The notes under the pieces: model-generated
What the model was told of the DNA's origin: nothing
Databases searched by the model: none
What the model saw: only the letters and a program-made list of their open reading frames with translations
In this document: positions 61,612 through 64,000 of the stretch, one piece after another
How the letters are laid out: every line of letters starts with the position of its first letter
How positions within the stretch are numbered: position 1 is the stretch's first letter
Translations under genes and position numbers: made by a program
Assembly: GCA_903867985.1 (NCBI GenBank)
Contig: CAIPTO010000072.1
Coordinates: 3,590-67,589 of the forward strand
Origin: an uncultured Elusimicrobia bacterium
Lineage (GTDB): Bacteria > Elusimicrobiota > Elusimicrobia > Elusimicrobiales > UBA9959
Direction of reading: 5' to 3'
Length of the DNA stretch: 64,000 bases

Positions 61612-63150
61612 CTACCAAGAACTTTTAAGTTCACCGATTTCGTTCAGAACTGCGTCAAGAACCTCACCCCGTGCAACGGCCTCGGTCATGGCGTTGTGAT
61701 CCTTAAAAAGCGGGCGGTCTACTTCAAGATGCTCGACCACTTTGCGTATGGCGCCGTGCGCGGCGCGCGTGCCTTTACCTACGGCAAAGTCCCTGAAATC
61801 AACGGCCTGCGCGGCGGCTATCATTTCAATAGCCAGAACGCTTTGGGCGTTATCCAGTATCTGCCTGGTTTTAAGCGCAGCGTTCATCCCCATGCTGACA
61901 AAATCCTCCTGGTCGGCGGCGGCGGGGATGGACTGTATGCAGGAGGGCGCGCTGAGTATGCGCTGCTCTACTATCAGCATGTCCGCGGTATACTGGCTGA
62001 GCATTAATCCTGAAAACATCCCGGCGCCTTTGGTCAAAAATGCCGGCAGTCCCACGCTTAAGGCCGGATTCAACAGGCGGTTCAGCCGTCTTTCGGACAG
62101 CACGCAGACCATGGTAACGCCAGCCCCCACCATGTCAAGCGGCATACTGACAGGCGTCCCCTGAAAATTGGCTCCCGTAAGCACCGTATCGCTTTCCGCC
62201 AGAAAAATGGGATTATCGGCCACGCCGTTAATTTCTATTTCAAACTGTTTTCTGGCATAAGCAAGGTGGTCCCTGAAAGCGCCTATAACCTGAGGTGTTG
62301 ACCGCATGGAATACGCGTCCTGCACTTTTACTTTAAGTTTTCCGGTGACAAGATCTGAGCCGGCCACCACGGAGCGGATGTTGGCCGCGGATGTTACGGC
62401 GCCTTTAAACCCTCTGAGTTCGTGAAGCCGGCTGTCATACGGTTTCATATTGGCCATAAGCGCTTCAAGCGTCATCGCCGCCGTTATTTCCGCCTGTTTA
62501 ACCCAGCGCTCGGCGTCGTAAATCTCAAGACAGCCCATGCCCGTGAGCAGATTGGAGCCGTTTATGGCGGCAAGGCCGTCGCGCGCCTGTAAGCCCGGAA
62601 CGGGGATGCCCGCTTTTTCCATCGCCGCTTTGGTGGGCATGCGTTCACCTTTATAAAAGCTTTCACCTTCCCCCATAAGAGAAAGAGCTATCTGGCTCAT
62701 GGGTGCCAGATCACCGCAGGCGCCGACGCTGCCCTTTTCGCAAACCACCGGGGTAACTCCTTTATTAAGCATCTCCACATAGGTCAGCGTTATTTCCGGC
62801 CGGCAGCCTGAATATCCCCTGCTATGCACGTTTATGCGCCCGAGCATCGCCGCGCGCACATGCTCTATAGGGCATGGCTTTCCTATCCCGGCAGCGTGGT
62901 TATATATCAGATACCGCTGGAATTGCTTGACCTGTTCGTCATTAAGCACCATTTCCGAAAATTCGCCTATTCCCGTGTTTACGCCGTACATTATTTCATG
63001 AGCCGCGATCTTTTTCTCGATCATGCCGCGGCATTTCCTGATACGCTCAACCGCCGAAGAGCATAATTCAACTTTCTCTCCCTGCCGCGCTACTTTAACC
63101 ACATCCTCAATTGTTAGGGAACCTGCGCCCACTTTAATAGCCATAAACAC
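61612..63150 (-). CDS. hutH: Histidine ammonia-lyase (aromatic amino acid lyase family) with an Ala-Cys-Gly MIO-position triad
   Basis: [24 protein letters not shown]..., QEDFVSMG. 512 aa, encoded upstream of hutU in the same strand-direction. Confidence 0.88.
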   Translation of the reverse strand: MFMAIKVGAGSLTIEDVVKVARQGEKVELCSSAVERIRKCRGMIEKKIAAHEIMYGVNTGIGEFSEMVLNDEQVKQFQRYLIYNHAAGIGKPCPIEHVRAAMLGRINVHSRGYSGCRPEITLTYVEMLNKGVTPVVCEKGSVGACGDLAPMSQIALSLMGEGESFYKGERMPTKAAMEKAGIPVPGLQARDGLAAINGSNLLTGMGCLEIYDAERWVKQAEITAAMTLEALMANMKPYDSRLHELRGFKGAVTSAANIRSVVAGSDLVTGKLKVKVQDAYSMRSTPQVIGAFRDHLAYARKQFEIEINGVADNPIFLAESDTVLTGANFQGTPVSMPLDMVGAGVTMVCVLSERRLNRLLNPALSVGLPAFLTKGAGMFSGLMLSQYTADMLIVEQRILSAPSCIQSIPAAADQEDFVSMGMNAALKTRQILDNAQSVLAIEMIAAAQAVDFRDFAVGKGTRAAHGAIRKVVEHLEVDRPLFKDHNAMTEAVARGEVLDAVLNEIGELKSSW

Positions 63151-63218
63151 CTCCTCCTTGAATCCCGTGCGCTCTTTTTCACACTGCCTTACTGCAACAC
63201 TTATTTTCTCTCACACTG

Positions 63219-63797
63219 TCACGCTCTTTTAAGCAGGTCCGCCACGGTGACCGCGCCTTCTTTTCTGAACACCAGCATGAAATGCTCGAATATCTTGCGC
63301 GTCATCTCAACATCGCTGAGCGCCCGGTGCCAATTCTCGGCCGAAATATCCAGCTCTTTTGCTATGGTGCCCAAGCGGTTGTTTGTGAATGTGCCAAGAC
63401 GCCGGGCGATATTGAGTGTGTCTATAACCGGCAGTTCCGGCAGCTTAAGTCCGGCGCGGACAAACTCCATTTCAATAAAAGAAAGGTCGAACTCCGCGTT
63501 GTGCGCCACTATGACCGACCCCTCCAACAGCGTGATAAGCCTGGGGATAAGCGCCGGGAAAGCGGGGCTATTGCGGACCATGTCGTCGGTTATACCGTGT
63601 ATCTTGGAGGTTTCCGGCGGTATCGGCAGCCCCGGATTCACCAGGGAACTGAAATGACTGACCCTGCAGTTGCCTTGGAAAGCCACCAGTGCCACTTCGC
63701 ACACACGTGAAGTCCGCGGCGAGAGGCCGGTAGTCTCCACATCAATAAAAGTGAACACGGCGTCATCAATAGAACAGTGCAGCATGTGCGGATTCAT
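63219..63797 (-). CDS. DnaQ-like 3'-5' exonuclease (DNA polymerase III epsilon family)
   Basis: Exo I FIDVETTGL, Exo II VAHNAEFDLSF, Exo III HRALSDVE. Confidence 0.85.
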   Translation of the reverse strand: MNPHMLHCSIDDAVFTFIDVETTGLSPRTSRVCEVALVAFQGNCRVSHFSSLVNPGLPIPPETSKIHGITDDMVRNSPAFPALIPRLITLLEGSVIVAHNAEFDLSFIEMEFVRAGLKLPELPVIDTLNIARRLGTFTNNRLGTIAKELDISAENWHRALSDVEMTRKIFEHFMLVFRKEGAVTVADLLKRA

Positions 63798-63815
63798 AAT
63801 ATTGGATCCCTGAAA

Positions 63816-64000
63816 TTAACCAAAATATATATACCGAGCCCAGAGTCCCAGCAGCGAGGTCATACCGAGACTCAGCAGAATATTAGTGAGCGACAGATCC
63901 ATAATCCGCTTCCAGCGGATATAGAAAAGCTGGACTGCCCAGGCCGCGGCGAACGGCAGCCACCACCACCCGGCTGTGAAAAAGAAAAACCACAGGACGA
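63816..64000 (-). CDS. 3' end of an integral membrane protein gene (5' part outside the window)
   Basis: The minus-strand frame is open to the window edge: VLWFFFFTAGWWWLPFAAAWAVQLFYIRWKRIMDLSLTNILLSLGMTSLLGLWARYIYFG, then a stop. It is strongly hydrophobic. I cannot assign the family. Confidence 0.5.
   Translation of the reverse strand, partial: VLWFFFFTAGWWWLPFAAAWAVQLFYIRWKRIMDLSLTNILLSLGMTSLLGLWARYIYFG

Overview
Chromosomal window from an anaerobic, diderm bacterium; I cannot place the taxon from sequence alone. Evidence for that lifestyle: AsmA-like and beta-barrel proteins, plus rubrerythrin, desulfoferrodoxin and rubredoxin. Coding density is high, with about 65 protein genes and one tRNA-Phe. 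I found no rRNA, CRISPR array, transposase, integrase or phage genes.

Main blocks:
- 1-13 kb: housekeeping and envelope genes (gapN-like 3' fragment, nth, amidase, MFS, lpdA, xth, mtgA), plus a four-gene cassette of unknown function (Big_2 lipoprotein, 426-aa protein, two multi-zinc-ribbon proteins).
- 13.0-18.5 kb: tightly coupled PP-loop / SxtJ-like / carbamoyltransferase / DUF5989-like operon, divergent from a large TPR protein.
- 19.1-24.4 kb: glycine cleavage operon gcvT-gcvH-gcvPA-gcvPB plus a lipoate-protein ligase.
- 24.5-33.2 kb: receiver domains, an AsmA-like protein, pyrE-like, SAM hydrolase, rlmI and tRNA-Phe.
- 33.2-35.2 kb: oxidative-stress island (rbr, tpx, dfx, rubredoxin).
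- 36.8-56.1 kb: a roughly 19-kb putative anaerobic purine-type catabolic island. It holds two complete paralogous xanthine-dehydrogenase-family Mo/FeS/FAD subunit sets, XdhC, a MocA-like protein, a permease, an 8-oxoguanine-deaminase-like amidohydrolase, a dihydropyrimidine-dehydrogenase/YgfK-like flavoprotein and SsnA. A secreted beta-barrel protein is embedded in the enzyme operon.
- 56.2-63.2 kb: hutH-hutU-yajQ-hutI-HAD-SIS operon.

Most unusual features seen directly in the DNA:
- A family of short tandem-degenerate repeat elements with a YAGAGG-type core and 7-, 8-, 16-, 24- and 46-nt periods. They fill many intergenic spacers.
- One such element appears inserted in frame into mocA. A related copy encodes the C-terminal tail of XdhC.
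- The histidine ammonia-lyase carries Ala-Cys-Gly where the canonical MIO triad is Ala-Ser-Gly.

All product calls rest on motif recognition in the translated ORFs. No database search was possible.
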